A stretch of DNA of 64,000 nt from Squalus acanthias. Lineage: Eukaryota. Below are positions 24,366 to 36,720 of the stretch, one piece after another (position 1 is the stretch's first letter; the number at the start of each line of letters is the position of its first letter). The notes under the pieces are model-generated. The model made no database searches and was not told the DNA's origin. It was given only the letters and a program-made list of their open reading frames with translations. A program made the position numbers and the translations under genes. The DNA lies in contig CM059433.1 of the NCBI GenBank assembly GCA_030390025.1, positions 20,152,001 to 20,216,000 of the forward strand, in the 5' to 3' direction.

Positions 24366-24858
24366 TATGACTCTGTAGGGAAAAAATTCAGTTGGTTGCG
24401 CCTCCCGTTAGCGCCTTAAGAGGGCGCTAATGGGGCACAAAGCATCTCGCGCCCAGGCGCGGCGAAGTTTGCGCCGCTCGCGAAATTAACTAGACATTTT
24501 GCGGTGGCGCTTAACACTACCGCCACGATCTCCTGCGCCGGCAGATCGTGACGTCAGTCGAGTGCGTAACGCCCCGGAGCGGATATTGAGTGGCGCCCCC
24601 TGCCTTACTGCCTGCCGCTAGCAACGACAGGTTGAGGGGAGTGTTTTGCAGTCAGGAAGGTACTGGGGGAGCGCTATTTAAAGGCGACCGCTTCCTGCCT
24701 TTTTTTGTTGGTGACATTTTTGAACCACGCATTCTGAGAGAGAGAGAGAGAGAGGCTGACTTCTGGAGAGATTCAACGCTGTGTGAAGGAGTTTTGGGTA
24801 CTGAGCAGGACTTTGCAGGTTCATTTTGATTTGCCCTTCCTTGTAGTGTTTTAGAAGA

Positions 24859-25104
24859 CACATCTCATTGTCTTGGCTGTGCTCTTGGTGTGTCTTTGAT
24901 GTAAGGAAAGATTGTATCTCTGCATTTTCTGTGTTTAAATTCTGTGAACTTTTGTAGATTCACTCATAGTAACTTTACCTGAAGAAGGGGCAATCGATAG
25001 CTCCGAAAGCTTGTAATTTTAAATAAATCTGTTGGACTATAACCTGGTGTTGTGCGACTTCTCATTTTTGTCCACCCCAGTCCAACGCCGGCATCTCCGC
25101 ATCA
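24859..25104 (+). mobile_element. 246-bp hammerhead-bearing Penelope-like short insertion
   Basis: Absent from MITE copies 1 and 3; flanked by the 12-bp TSD tgttttagaaga (24847-24858 and 25105-25116); contains a hammerhead followed by aataaa. Confidence 0.85.
24975..25016 (+). ncRNA. Minimal type-I hammerhead ribozyme motif
   Basis: UUAC-CUGAAGA-A-GGGGC(AAUCGAUA)GCUCC-GAAAG-CUU^GUAA: intact core, stem I UUAC/GUAA, 5-bp stem II, palindromic stem III (AGCU). Predicted cleavage after 25012. Confidence 0.8.
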
Positions 25105-26059
25105 TGTTTTAGAAGAGACTGTGGGGGTTGCACACTGAGCTCTTTCCCTGGTACTCTCCATTGTTCTTTCCAGCAGATCTGATGTACAGGTCTCTCCAGG
25201 CCGAGATTCAAGGCTGCAATGAGCAGGATGTGGATGGAAAGCAAGATCAACCCTCCCCTTTAAGAACTGGCCAGCGCCATTGTGTCTGTGTTCCATTGCT
25301 GACTGACATCACATGAGCTTCGCCAGCGCTCTGAGTTAGCGCCTCGCTCCTCGGCCTTTGCGCCTTAAGACAGATGTGTAGCGCGTGATTTAGCGCTCCA
25401 ATCACCTCCAGGGGCGATAAAAGTCAAGTTTGCAGTCGGTGGTGATAATTAGCGCCAGCCGCTAATCTTTGCGCCCGGCCGTTAATTGCGCTCCAAATGG
25501 GGCGATACTGAATTTTTCCTCCTATGACTCTATGTTTTGTACGAAGACATTCAGGCTTTCCCATTCAGCAGCAGCCTCACTCCACCTTCCTGCCTCAATA
25601 TCAAAGTCTCGTGCCTCAGTGTAGTGTATACTGTACAGATAGGGATGCCCTAGCCTCCAAAATTGCAGCATCTACAATGGTAGTAAAGCCCTCTATTAAT
25701 GCTATATGCAATATCATTTTAACGGAGGACTTTCACTAACTGCTGTGGTTCTCTTGCTTTGTCTCCTCTTTGGTAAAAGAGTCACAAATCCCACAGCCAG
25801 CAGGGCTGTGAAGAGAGAAAGATAAATACAGAAGAAGAGAGAAGATAAAGAGGACAGGGAAGAAAAGAATAATAGATTGCGACTTGGTCATCACCTGTGG
25901 CCCAAAGGCCATATTGATGGTTTTGGTGCAAGATGAACAATGAGGTAGCATTTTATTCATTATCCGTAGCCTCACCGGGCACGAGAAGCTGCGTTTATAT
26001 CTATAGAATCAGTTATGTATTGTCCAGCTATACTAACCTGTGTGGTAAAATTAAAAAAA

Positions 26060-26118
26060 ACTATAAATGCTGCAAATCTGAAATCGAAACAGAAATGCTG
26101 GAAATACACAGCAAGTCA
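26060..26118 (-). mobile_element. Penelope terminal fragment
   Basis: aaatgctgcaaatctgaaat...cagaaatgctggaaatacacagcaagtca matches 51995-52050. Confidence 0.55.
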
Positions 26119-26149
26119 CATTTTGGATGTATAAGCTTTTATCAGAACG

Positions 26150-26252
26150 ACATCCCTACATTACAACAGTGACTACACTTCAAAAAGTACTTCATTGGCT
26201 GTAAAGCGCTTTGGGACGTCGTGAAAGGCTCGATATAAATGCAAGTCTTTCT
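26150..26252 (+). mobile_element. 3' end of a SacSINE1-like SINE or L2 tail
   Basis: cctacattacaacagtgactacacttcaaaaagtacttcattggctgtaaagcgctttgggacg...atataaatgcaagtc matches the tail at 11875-11980. Confidence 0.75.
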
Positions 26253-26877
26253 TTAACTGCAGGCTGCTGAAGATTGCTATATATTGTAATGTACGTAACC
26301 GTTTGAAGCATGAAAGTCTGCCTTTGCAAAAAAAATTCTAAGTACAATGACTTTCAAAATTTAAATGGCTTCATTTATTATTGTTGTTGATTCATTTTAC
26401 GGGGTATTTAATTGAATTCACCATCCTTTCGGTTGGACACTCTACCTGTTTGCTCAGCTGTTAAAGGTAATGGAGACCAGGGCTCTAGATACACAGCAGC
26501 TTGGGTAATGGTACTTTACAGCTGATGAGATAAGCTTATACTCATAATACATCTTGTAATGGAAGCAGCGTTCCCTCAAGTACTTAGAGGACAGGCATCA
26601 TTTCTTGACAGACAGCCTGGATTAGCATGCAGAAAAGAGAACGGACAATATTTCTCTTAGGCTGACAGGGTGAAGGTTTAAATGTGAAATACAAGTTGTT
26701 GTTGTTGTTGTTGAATACCAATTAAGTCACATAACTACAGAATGGAGGACTGTTTTCAGTGTCTGTTTATTTTTTTTTGTAAATTGCCTCCTCCACCTTT
26801 TCGGTTCTCCTTCCTCTTCCCCTTCCCCAAGCCACACTTGTCACTGGGCTCTGACACCTTTCACCGTCCACCCGTTC

Positions 26878-29800
26878 CTGGGCTCTGGCCCCATTCACCT
26901 GTCCTTGGGTTCTGGCCCCATTCACCTGTCCTTGGGTTCTGGCCCCATTCACCTGTCCTTGGGTTCTGGCCCCATTCACCTGTCCTTGGGTTCTGGCCCC
27001 ATTCACCTGTCCTTGGGTTCTGGCCCCATTCACCTGTCCTTGGGTTCTGGCACCATTCACCTGTCGTGGCTTCTGGCCCCATTCACCTGTCCTTGGGTTC
27101 TGGCCCCATTTACCTGTCCTTGGGTTCTGGCACCAGTCACCTGTCCTTGGGTCATGGCCCCATTCACCTGTCCTGGGCTCTGGCCCCATTCACCTGTCCT
27201 GGGCTCTGGCCCCATTCACGTGTCCTGGGTTCTGGCCCCATTCACTTGTCGTAGCTTCTGGCCCCATTCACCTGTCCTTGGGTTCTGGCCCCATTCACCT
27301 GTCCTTGGGTTCTGGCCCCATTCACCTGTCCTTGGGTTCTGGCCCCATTCACCTGTCCTGGGCTCTGGCCCCATTCACCTGTCCTTGGGTTCTGGCCCCA
27401 TTCACCTGTCCTTGGGTTCTGGCACCATTCACCTGTCGTGGCTTCTGGCCCCATTCACCTGTCCTTGGGTTCTGGCCCCATTTACCTGTCCTTGGGTTCT
27501 GGCACCAGTCACCTGTCCTTGGGTCATGGCCCCATTCACCTGTCCTGGGCTCTGGCCCCATTCACCTGTCCTGGGCTCTGGCCCCATTCACCTGTCCTGG
27601 GCTCTGGCCCCATTCACCTGTCCTGGGCTCTGGCCCCATTCACCTGTCCTGGGCTCTGGCCCCATTAACCTGTCCTGGGCTCTGGCCCCATTCACCTGTC
27701 CTGGGCTCTGGCCCCATTCACCTGTCCTGGGCTCTGGCCCCATTCACCTGTCCTGGGTTCTGGCCCCATTCAATTGTCGTAGCTTCTGGCCCCATTCACC
27801 TGCCCTTGGGTTCTGGCCCCATTCACCTGTCCTTGGGTTCTGGCCCCATTCACCTGTCCTTGGGTTCTGGCCCCATTCACCTGTCCTGGGCTCTGGCCCC
27901 ATTCACCTGTCGTGGCTTCTGGCCCCATTCACCTGTCCTTGGGTTCTGGCCCCATTCACCTGTCCTTGGGTTCTGGCACCATTCACCTGTCCTTGGGTTC
28001 TGGCCTCATTCACCTGTCCTTGGGTTCTGGCCCCATTCACCTGTCGTGGCTTCTGGCCCCATTCACCTGTCCTTGGGTTCTGGCCCCATTCACCTGTCCT
28101 GGGCTCTGGCCCCATTCACCTGTCCTGGGCTCTGGCACCATTAACCTGTCCTGGGCTCTGGCACCATTCACCTGTCCTGGGTTCTGGCCCCATTCACCTG
28201 TCCTGGGCTCTGGCCCCATTCACCTGTCCTGGGCTCTGGCACCATTAACCTGTCCAGACTCTGGCACCATTCACCTGTCCTGGGTTCTGGCCCCATTCAC
28301 CTGTCCTGGGCTCTGGCCCCATTTACCTGTCCTGGGCTCTGGCACCATTAACCTGTCCTGGGCTCTGGCACCATTCACCTGTCCTTGGGTTCTGGCACCA
28401 TTCACCTGTCCTTGGGTTCTGGCCTCATTCACCTGTCCTTGGGTTCTGGCCCCATTCACCTGTCGTGGCTTCTGGCCCCATTCACCTGTCCTTGGGTTCT
28501 GGCCCCATTCACCTGTCCTGGGCTCTGGCCCCATTCACCTGTCCTGGGCTCTGGCACCATTAACCTGTCCTGGGCTCTGGCACCATTCACCTGTCCTGGG
28601 TTCTGGCCCCATTCACCTGTCCTGGGCTCTGGCCCCATTCACCTGTCCTGGGCTCTGGCACCATTAACCTGTCCTGACTCTGGCACCATTCACCTGTCCT
28701 GGGTTCTGGCCCCATTCACCTGTCCTGGGCTCTGGCCCCATTCACCTGTCCTGGGCTCTGGCACCATTAACCTGTCCTGGGCTCTGGCACCATTCACCTG
28801 TCCTGGGTTCTGGCCCCATTCACCTGTCCTGGGCTCTGGCCCCATTCACCTGTCCTGGGCTCTGGCACCATTAACCTGTCCTTGGGTCATGGCACCATTC
28901 ACCTGTCCTTGGGTCATGGCCCCATTCACCTGTCCTGGGCTCTGGCACCATTCACCTGTCCTGGGCTCTGGCACCATTAACCTGTCCTTGGGTCATGGCA
29001 CCATTCACCTGTCCTTGGGTCATGGCCCCATTCACCTGTCCTTGGGTCATGGCCCCATTCACCTGTCCTGGGCTCTGGCACCATTCACCTGTCCTGGGCT
29101 CTGGCCCCATTCACCTGTCCTGGGCTCTGGCCCCATTAACCTGTCCGGGCTCTGGCCCCATTCACCTGTCCTGGGCTCTGGCCCCATTCACCTGTCCTGG
29201 GCTCTGGCCCCATTCACCTGTCCTGGGTTCTGGCCCCATTCACTTGTCGTGGCTTCTGGCCCCATTCACCTGTCCTTGGGTTCTGGCCCCATTCACCTGT
29301 CCTTGGGTTCTGGCCCCATTCACCTGTCGTTGGGTTCTGGCCCCATTCACCTGTCCTGGGCTCTGGCCCCATTCACCTGTCGTGGCTTCTGGCCCCATTC
29401 ACCTGTCCTTGGGTTCTGGCCCCATTCACCTGTCCTGGGCTCTGGCCCCATTCACCTGTCGTGGCTTCTGGCCCCATTCACCTGTCCTTGGGTTCTGGCA
29501 CCATTCACCTGTCCTTGGGTTCTGGCCTCATTCACCTGTCCTTGGGTTCTGGCCCCATTCACCTGTCGTGGCTTCTGGCCCCATTCACCTGTCCTTGGGT
29601 TCTGGCCCCATTCACCTGTCCTGGGCTCTGGCCCCATTCACCTGTCCTGGGCTCTGGCACCATTAACCTGTCCTGGGCTCTGGCACCATTCACCTGTCCT
29701 GGGTTCTGGCCCCATTCACCTGTCCTGGGCTCTGGCCCCATTCACCTGTCCTGGGCTCTGGCACCATTAACCTGTCCTGGGCTCTGGCACCATTCACCTG

Positions 29801-31312
29801 TCCTGGGTTCTGGCCCCATTCACCTGTCCTGGGCTCTGGCCCCATTCACCTGTCCTGGGCTCTGGCACCATTAACCTGACCTGGGCTCTGGCACCATTCA
29901 CCTGTCCTGGGTTATGGCCCCATTCACCTGTCCTGGGCTCTGGCCCCATTCACCTGTCCTGGGCTCTGGCACCATTAACCTGTCCTTGGGTCATGGCACC
30001 ATTCACCTGTCCTTGGGTCATGGCCCCATTCACCTGTCCTGGGCTCTGGCACCATTCACCTGTCCTGGGCTCTGGCACCATTAACCTGTCCTTGGGTCAT
30101 GGCACCATTCACCTGTCCTTGGGTCATGGCCCCATTCACCTGTCCTTGGGTCATGGCCCCATTCACCTGTCCTGGGCTCTGGCACCATTCACCTGTCCTG
30201 GGCTCTGGCCCCATTAACCTGTCCTGGGCTCTGGCACCATTCACCTGTCCTGGGTTCTGGCCCCATTCACCTGTCCTGGGCTCTGGCCCCATTCACCTGT
30301 CCTGGGCTCTGGCACCATTAACCTGTCCTTGGGTCATGGCACCATTCAACTGTCCTTGGGTCATGGCCCCAATCACCTGTCCTGGGCTCTGGCACCATTC
30401 ACCTGTCCTGGGCTCTGGCACCATTAACCTGTCCTTGGGTCATGGCACCATTCACCTGTCCTTGGGTCATGGCACCATTCACCTGTCCTTTGGTCATGGC
30501 ACCATTCACCTGTCCTTGGGTCATGGCACTATTCACCTGTCCTTGGGTCATGGCGCCATTCACCTGTCCTGGGCTCTGGCACCATTAACCTGTCCTTGGG
30601 TCATGGCACCATTCACCTGTCCTTGGGTCATGGCACCATTCACCTGTCCTTTGGTCATGGCACCATTAACCTGTCCTTGGGTCATGGCACCATTCACCTG
30701 TCTTGGGCTCTGGCACCATTCACCTGTCCTGGGCTCTGGCACCATTCACCTGTCCTTGGGTCATGGCACCATTCACCTGTCTTGGGCTCTGGCACCATTA
30801 ACCTGTCCTTGGGTCATGGCACCATTCACCTGTCCTTGGGTCATGGCACTATTCACCTGTCCTTGGGTCATGGCACTATTCACCTGTCCTTGGGTCATGG
30901 CACCATTCACCTGTCCTTGGGTCATGGCACCATTCACCTGTCCTTGGGTCATGGCACCATTCACCTGTCCTTGGGTCATGGCACCATTCACCTGTCCTTG
31001 GGTCATGGCACCATTCACCTGTCCTTGGGTCATGGCACCATTCACCTGTCCTTGGGTCATGGCACCATTCACCTGTCCTTGGGTCATGGCACCATTCACC
31101 TGTCCTTGGATCATGGCACCATTCACCTGTCCTTGGGTCATGGCACCATTCACCTGTCCTTGGGTCATGGCACCATTCACCTGTTCTTCTGCTCTGGCAC
31201 CATTCACCTGTCCTTGGGTCATGGCACCATTCACCTGTCCTTGGGTCATGGCACCATTCACCTGTCCTTGGGTCATGGCACCATTCACCTGTTCTTCTGC
31301 TCTGGCACCATT
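26878..31312 (+). repeat. 4.4-kb minisatellite, 26/27-bp unit (about 165-170 units)
   Basis: Unit ctggc(c/a)ccattcacctgtcc(t)tggg(t/c)t with variants. All long ORFs here are repeat artefacts. Confidence 0.99.
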
Positions 31313-31329
31313 TGTCCCTTGACTCTGCT

Positions 31330-31410
31330 GAAGCCACCCTTGAACCTAGTGCCTTGGAAAATTGACTACATTAAGGGCACTTTCTAAATTGCAAGTTGAT
31401 GTAGTTGTTA
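31330..31410 (+). mobile_element. Degraded L2/SINE 3' tail
   Basis: gtgccttggaaaattgactacattaagggcactttctaaattgcaagttg resembles the L2 tail at 48065-48125. Confidence 0.55.
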
Positions 31411-32792
31411 TACAATAATGAGATGGGACGACTCAACCTCTGATCTTCTTTTCCTCCTTTGAATGAGTTCCCTCACAGCCACGTTGCATCTCACCCAGCC
31501 AAACTTGCTGAGGTGGGTAGCTCTGTGGTGGATCAAAGAGGCACGTCTGTGCTTCATAAATGACCAGCTAAATATGCAACACTATCATGGCGCTTTTTTT
31601 TCATTATTCAGTATTCTTTAATAAGACAAGCCTGAATAATTGTAAATGATACTTGGGCCAGTACATAGTCAGTTTTTGTTCATTGCAGCTGCAGTAGAGG
31701 TTTTGCTGTTGGGTCAGTAGATATTATCATCTTTATGTATGGTGACACCGGAGAACAAATATTGCACTACTGGATTCAAAGTAAAAATGGATTTAAGAAT
31801 AAGTTGGGCTACAGTAATACCAGATTTAAAAAAAGTAGATATATATATATATATATATATTTTAAAAAAGATCCCAATGAAATACGATTCCTGCCACTTG
31901 TTCTCATGGATTGTTAATTTCCCTTTCAAAATTACTCGACGTTATGGGAGGAATGACCTTTTGCCATTCTGGGAGCTTCCTGTAAACATAGCTCCCAAGT
32001 GCTTGCTACAAAAGGCTGTTATTCCTGAACATTAATGAGTATAAGAAACAATTAAAAAGTTAGAACTGCTGACAGCTCATCTGAAAGTTTCGGAAACTTT
32101 TCTTCATAGCTGCAGGTAAGGCACTATTCTCCAGTGGCTAAGGATATGGTGAGCAATTCTCCCTCAAACACTTATCGTTTTGTTTTTATTTCTATTGTGT
32201 CTTTAAAAAAAAAAAATTGTATAAATTTGCATTTGTTTGATTTCGAAAACAGCCCAAGCAATCAAATCAGTTTTGTAAGCTGCCACCTGTTTAATTTTAC
32301 ATTTTGTCACGTTAAAAGGACCATGTCATTCTGTGGGCTATCATTCTTCATTCATCTCTGAACCTGGCTTTAGATCCAACCCAGATTGATTCTGTGAAAA
32401 CCTTCTTTGCCTGTTGGCTGCGAGGGACTTTATGAAGGATATGTTGATAGGGTTAGATGGAGGAGGATCGTGTGGAGCATGGACCAGTTGGGCCGAATGG
32501 CCTGTTTCTGTGCTGTAAATTCTACGTAATTCTATTAAATGAATGGCTAGAATCAATCTGATTCCTGATGGCATAAATTATGAAGTTGATCATCTAGCGC
32601 CAAGGTCATAACTTCAACCATTATGTCATGCGCTCGTACCTTACGCGCTTCCCACTGGGGACCTGAGTCTAATTTTGACCAAGGCCGTCTTAGATCCTGT
32701 TGAAGCCATGGATTCCTGTGAGGGTATGTTTATGTCACTCAATACAGTCACCTGTTATGCCAGTACAAAGGATTAGTGTTGGTAGACCTATC

Positions 32793-33570
32793 AGGGTTGA
32801 GTTGCGCACAAATATCGCCCAAAATTGCTGCCGTTTTGAAAAGTGGTCTTTACCCCGAGTTTCCGCTAAAACTCATTTGCATATCATTGGACACAAAATC
32901 TGCCATGAACCAGCGCAATCGGGCAGCGTTTTAAAACGTAATTTAAAAAAAATTTGCTTTAAAAAATATTCCTTGATATATTTAAGAGTAGTAACTTGGA
33001 AAAGTATGATTAATAAAACTGCGAATGGGTTTATCACCAAAAATAAGCTTTTTTTAAACACAGTGTCAATCCACCATATGTGAGTAACCCGATTTGAAAT
33101 GATTGAAAATGACTCTTAAAAAATATGCAAAACTATTTTATAGTTATATTGGGATACAGTAGTCAGTTACTTAGTAAATTTAACAAAAATAAATCATTCA
33201 AAACCTTTCAAAATGTTCCTGTTAGTGTCCTTACGCCCAGAAGTTCCAGCTTAATTTTTGGAGCCTTCTCGAAGGCCTGCAAACGAGGACAATTAGCTGA
33301 ATCTCCCAATGGTGATTAATTCACCCTGGGGGCGTGGCTAATGTTGTGGGTGGGGCCTGCTTCTAGTGCGATGTTTTTAAAACAAGCCCAAAAAGATCGC
33401 GGAAACTCGATTTGCACTGAACGCAATTTGTGCTCAAAATTCCGCGACCTTTCGTGCCGGTTACGTTGATAGCGGGGGAATTGCGGCGAAAAAATCAGCG
33501 CAATTGAGCGGAAACCCCTTCCATCATGTTTAGTTTTGCCTACAGAGAGTGCAGTTCTCAAACCCCACCC
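32793..33570. mobile_element. Harbinger-type MITE (relative of 12455-13565, inverted)
   Basis: Termini gggttgagtt / aaaccccaccc; the AT-rich interior is reverse-complement homologous to 13050-13560. Confidence 0.75.
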
Positions 33571-35544
33571 TTAATTTTTGCCTAAATAATTTTGGAGTTT
33601 CATTTGTTTTAGGATATCGGTGTCAACATTTTTATCCGCCATCTTATCTTTTTACCATTTGAGGTCATTGATGCCTGTAGGGCGCTGGTTTTATGTGTGA
33701 ATAGGAGAAGAAAAGTATCGTCAATTTGAGCTCTTGTTTGTTTCCTTTGGAAACAGATTATTGATATGTACGTCACAAGCAGCGGCCACAAAGGAGTGTA
33801 TTCTCTGTGCCATCAGGAAAAGTTAGAACATTACTATATTTGTGGGTTGGTCCCTTCTTAAGCCAACATGCAGAAGGTTGCCTTTGAGGCCATCTGCAGG
33901 ACAGTGACATGGAGAAATATGACTCCATTTACTTCCCTGATCTGACAACTTAAGATGACAAGCACATTGGCACTTCTCCACTCTAGGGCTGATTGAACTC
34001 AAAGATCCTCAAATCCCCATTTTCTACCACTTTGGTGTACTCTTATTTGTTTGTAGAGATTGAACAAATAAGCAAGCACATTAGGTTGTCTATTGTGAAT
34101 CTCATTCTTTGAACCAAGTTCAACCTCCAATTCTAAAGCTTCTTCCTGGCTGAAAGCTGCTTTTAAAAATTATTTTGTTTCATGTTGTTTAGGTTCTCAA
34201 TGCTGCCTTGCCGCGCAAAGAGCTCTGGGCCTGCCCTGGAAAGAGGCTGCAGCAGAGTAGCGGGATGTCACCTGACTACTCAGGTGGAAAAAATGTCTTA
34301 AAAGGGCATTATTTGACATAATTCCCCACATAAGAGAACAACAGTATCCTGTCTTTATGTGGAGATTGCACTTCAGTACTCTCGGTGGTGACATTTCACA
34401 TTACTGCAAGTTAAAATAAAGGGGAAAAACATAATTTGAGATTAATAGTAGTCTCTTAGAATTAGACACAATGGAGTTTTGTACATTGCAAAGTCATTTC
34501 CGCAGTTCCGGTGCTTGCACAAATTTCCCAAAATGTCGCAGTTTTTTCAACAGAAACAATGTAAACAAAATGTAGAAACTGCTTATAATGATGAATTTGG
34601 AGAAAATTTCTAGTTACTTGTGGACCTTGAAATGTTTTGAAAATCTCAACTCGTTGCAGACTGCAGTTTGCAAATCTTCAAGCAATGGCCCCGACGAGTT
34701 TTTTTTGGAAAGGAACCTTTATTAGTCAGCAACACCATGCTGATTTTGCTTTTCTGGTTTAAAAAAAAGTGATTATGACAAACTCCCTAAGTCTTAATGG
34801 TTTTCATATTGAAGTTTGATATTTTTAGTCAGTAGACCATTCTTATTGGACTTCCTAAGAACTTTGATAATGCAATTATTTTCTTTTCTTGAGTGACTGG
34901 CAGAACTAAAAATACATCTACACATATTCATATTGAAACCGAAGAAATGAAGAAGCCCTTTTCAGAAAGCTTACTCTGCATTGACATGTAGCCTGCTCTT
35001 CTGACATGAATAAATCTTGACATGGGTCGCCGTGCCCAGGATTTATTAATTCTGGCACTGCGTTCAGGGAATGTCACTCATTGGGATAAGTAACAGAATG
35101 TTTGAAAATACTTTAAAGCGATTCAGCAACAACCTTTCAGCTACGTGGTTATTTTTTGATCGCAATGTATATTTATGCATTGATGTAGGAACAGCTGCCT
35201 CCTGATTAATGGATGTTCAATGTACCGGTACAATTTCACCATTATCTGTACACCCTTCAGCACTAAACATCTGTTTGCTATTGTTATTCCCCAAAAAAGA
35301 ATTAACTCATTAGTTCTACATATTTATGAGTAGAGCCAGTGAGATTTTATTTTGCCGATTTTAATAAAGGACACACAAAAAATGTAAGAATTTTCAGAAA
35401 AAGCCTTTTGTCCCAACAAGCCTGTACCTTTTTCAAAGGTCATCAATGGAATGAAAATCAGTTGGGTTCTTTAAAGGATAAGGGGTTGATCTCCTCCGCC
35501 AGATTACCACCCAGGGAGTGAAGATGAAAATCTACACCATTATC

Positions 35545-36720
35545 TCTCGAACCTCCTTGCACTCGCTCTCCTTGTGGTCCATCTTTGTGGGATCATCCCA
35601 TGCTTGATTCCATCCCAATCTGTTCCCTCATCACCAACACATCTCCAGCAATAGTTTCTTCTCCCATCCTTGCACAGCACCTCAAGGTTTCATCCTTGAC
35701 CTCCTTTATATGTTGCCCCTCAGTGACACTATCCATAGGCATGCAATCCGTTTCCATATTTATGATCTTGACATGCAGAACTACCTCTCCTTCACCTCCA
35801 TGATCGACTCCATGACCAACTCTATGTTGTTGGACTGCTTTCATCCGATAGGGATGGAGCACAACTTTCTCTCAAACTGGGAAGACCAAAGCCATAATTT
35901 TTGTCTCCTGCCAAAACCTCCATACCCCGTCTTCCCAATTCCATTTCCCTCCATGGCTGCTCACACGAGCTGAACCAGATGACACGTTATCTTGGTGTCC
36001 TGTTCAACCCTGAGCTGAGTTTCAAACCCCATATCCCATCCATCATCCAGACCACTTACTTTCACTTCTGTGACATTGCCTGTTGCTATCCTTACCTCGC
36101 TTTCCTTGTTGTTAAAATCCTGATCCATGCTTTTATTTATCTCTATCACTGACCTCCCCAATGTCTTCTTCACTGGTCACCTGAGCTCCACCCCTGCACA
36201 AACTCCAATCTGTCCAAAATTCCATGGCCTATATCTTGTCCCATAATAAGTCCAACTGAGCCCTTGTCCATCTCTCTGCCAACCTCCTTTGCTCCTCCCC
36301 ATCCCTCACACATTGAATTCAAAATTGTCCTCCTTATTTACGAATCCCTCCATGACTTCACCTCATCCCATCCCACCTTACCTCTGCAACATTTTCAGCC
36401 TTGCATCCAAGCCCATGCCTCTGGAGTCCTCTGACTCTGGCTTTCTATCTAGTCCCCCCTCCCTCCACTCCACCATCGGTAGAGCCTTCATCCCTCTCCA
36501 TCCTACTCTCTGCCACTCCCTTCCAAAATATCTCTGCATTTATACTTCTCTCCCTGCCTTTAAAAGTCTTCTCAATAACTATCCTTTTGACCCTGCTTTT
36601 TGTCATCTCTCCCAACTCCTCTTCAGCTACTTGGCGTCTGTTTCTCTTTTGAGAACACCTTGGGACATTTCTTATGTTAAAGCCACTATATAAATGCAAA
36701 ATGTTGTTGATAATGTTGTT
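35545..36720 (+). mobile_element. Degraded L2 LINE 3' portion
   Basis: YLGVLFNPELSFKPHI..IIQTTYFHFCDIA...KILIHAFI; tail atataaatgcaaaatgttgttg. Confidence 0.8.

Larger units (their letters stand above)
24377..25522 (+). mobile_element. CpG-rich Harbinger-type MITE, copy 2 (contains a Penelope-like insertion)
   Basis: TIRs agggaaaaaattcag / ctgaatttttcctcc, flanks tgt/tat; co-linear with copy 1 apart from the 24859-25104 insert and small indels. Confidence 0.95.

Noticed and set aside
26522..26550. CUGAUGA with a downstream hairpin; also an E-box/GATA pair
   Set aside because: Lacks the GAAA...UH half of the hammerhead core, and the E-box-GATA spacing is shorter than the canonical composite.
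26742..31387. Long ORFs of 250-460 aa, and a CRISPR-like regular repeat
   Set aside because: The ORFs are translations of a tandem minisatellite. Units are contiguous with no unique spacers, and there are no cas genes.
33613..34330. Possible plus-strand exons after ttttag acceptors (33613, 34193)
   Set aside because: Short frames, no recognisable protein and no convincing donor.
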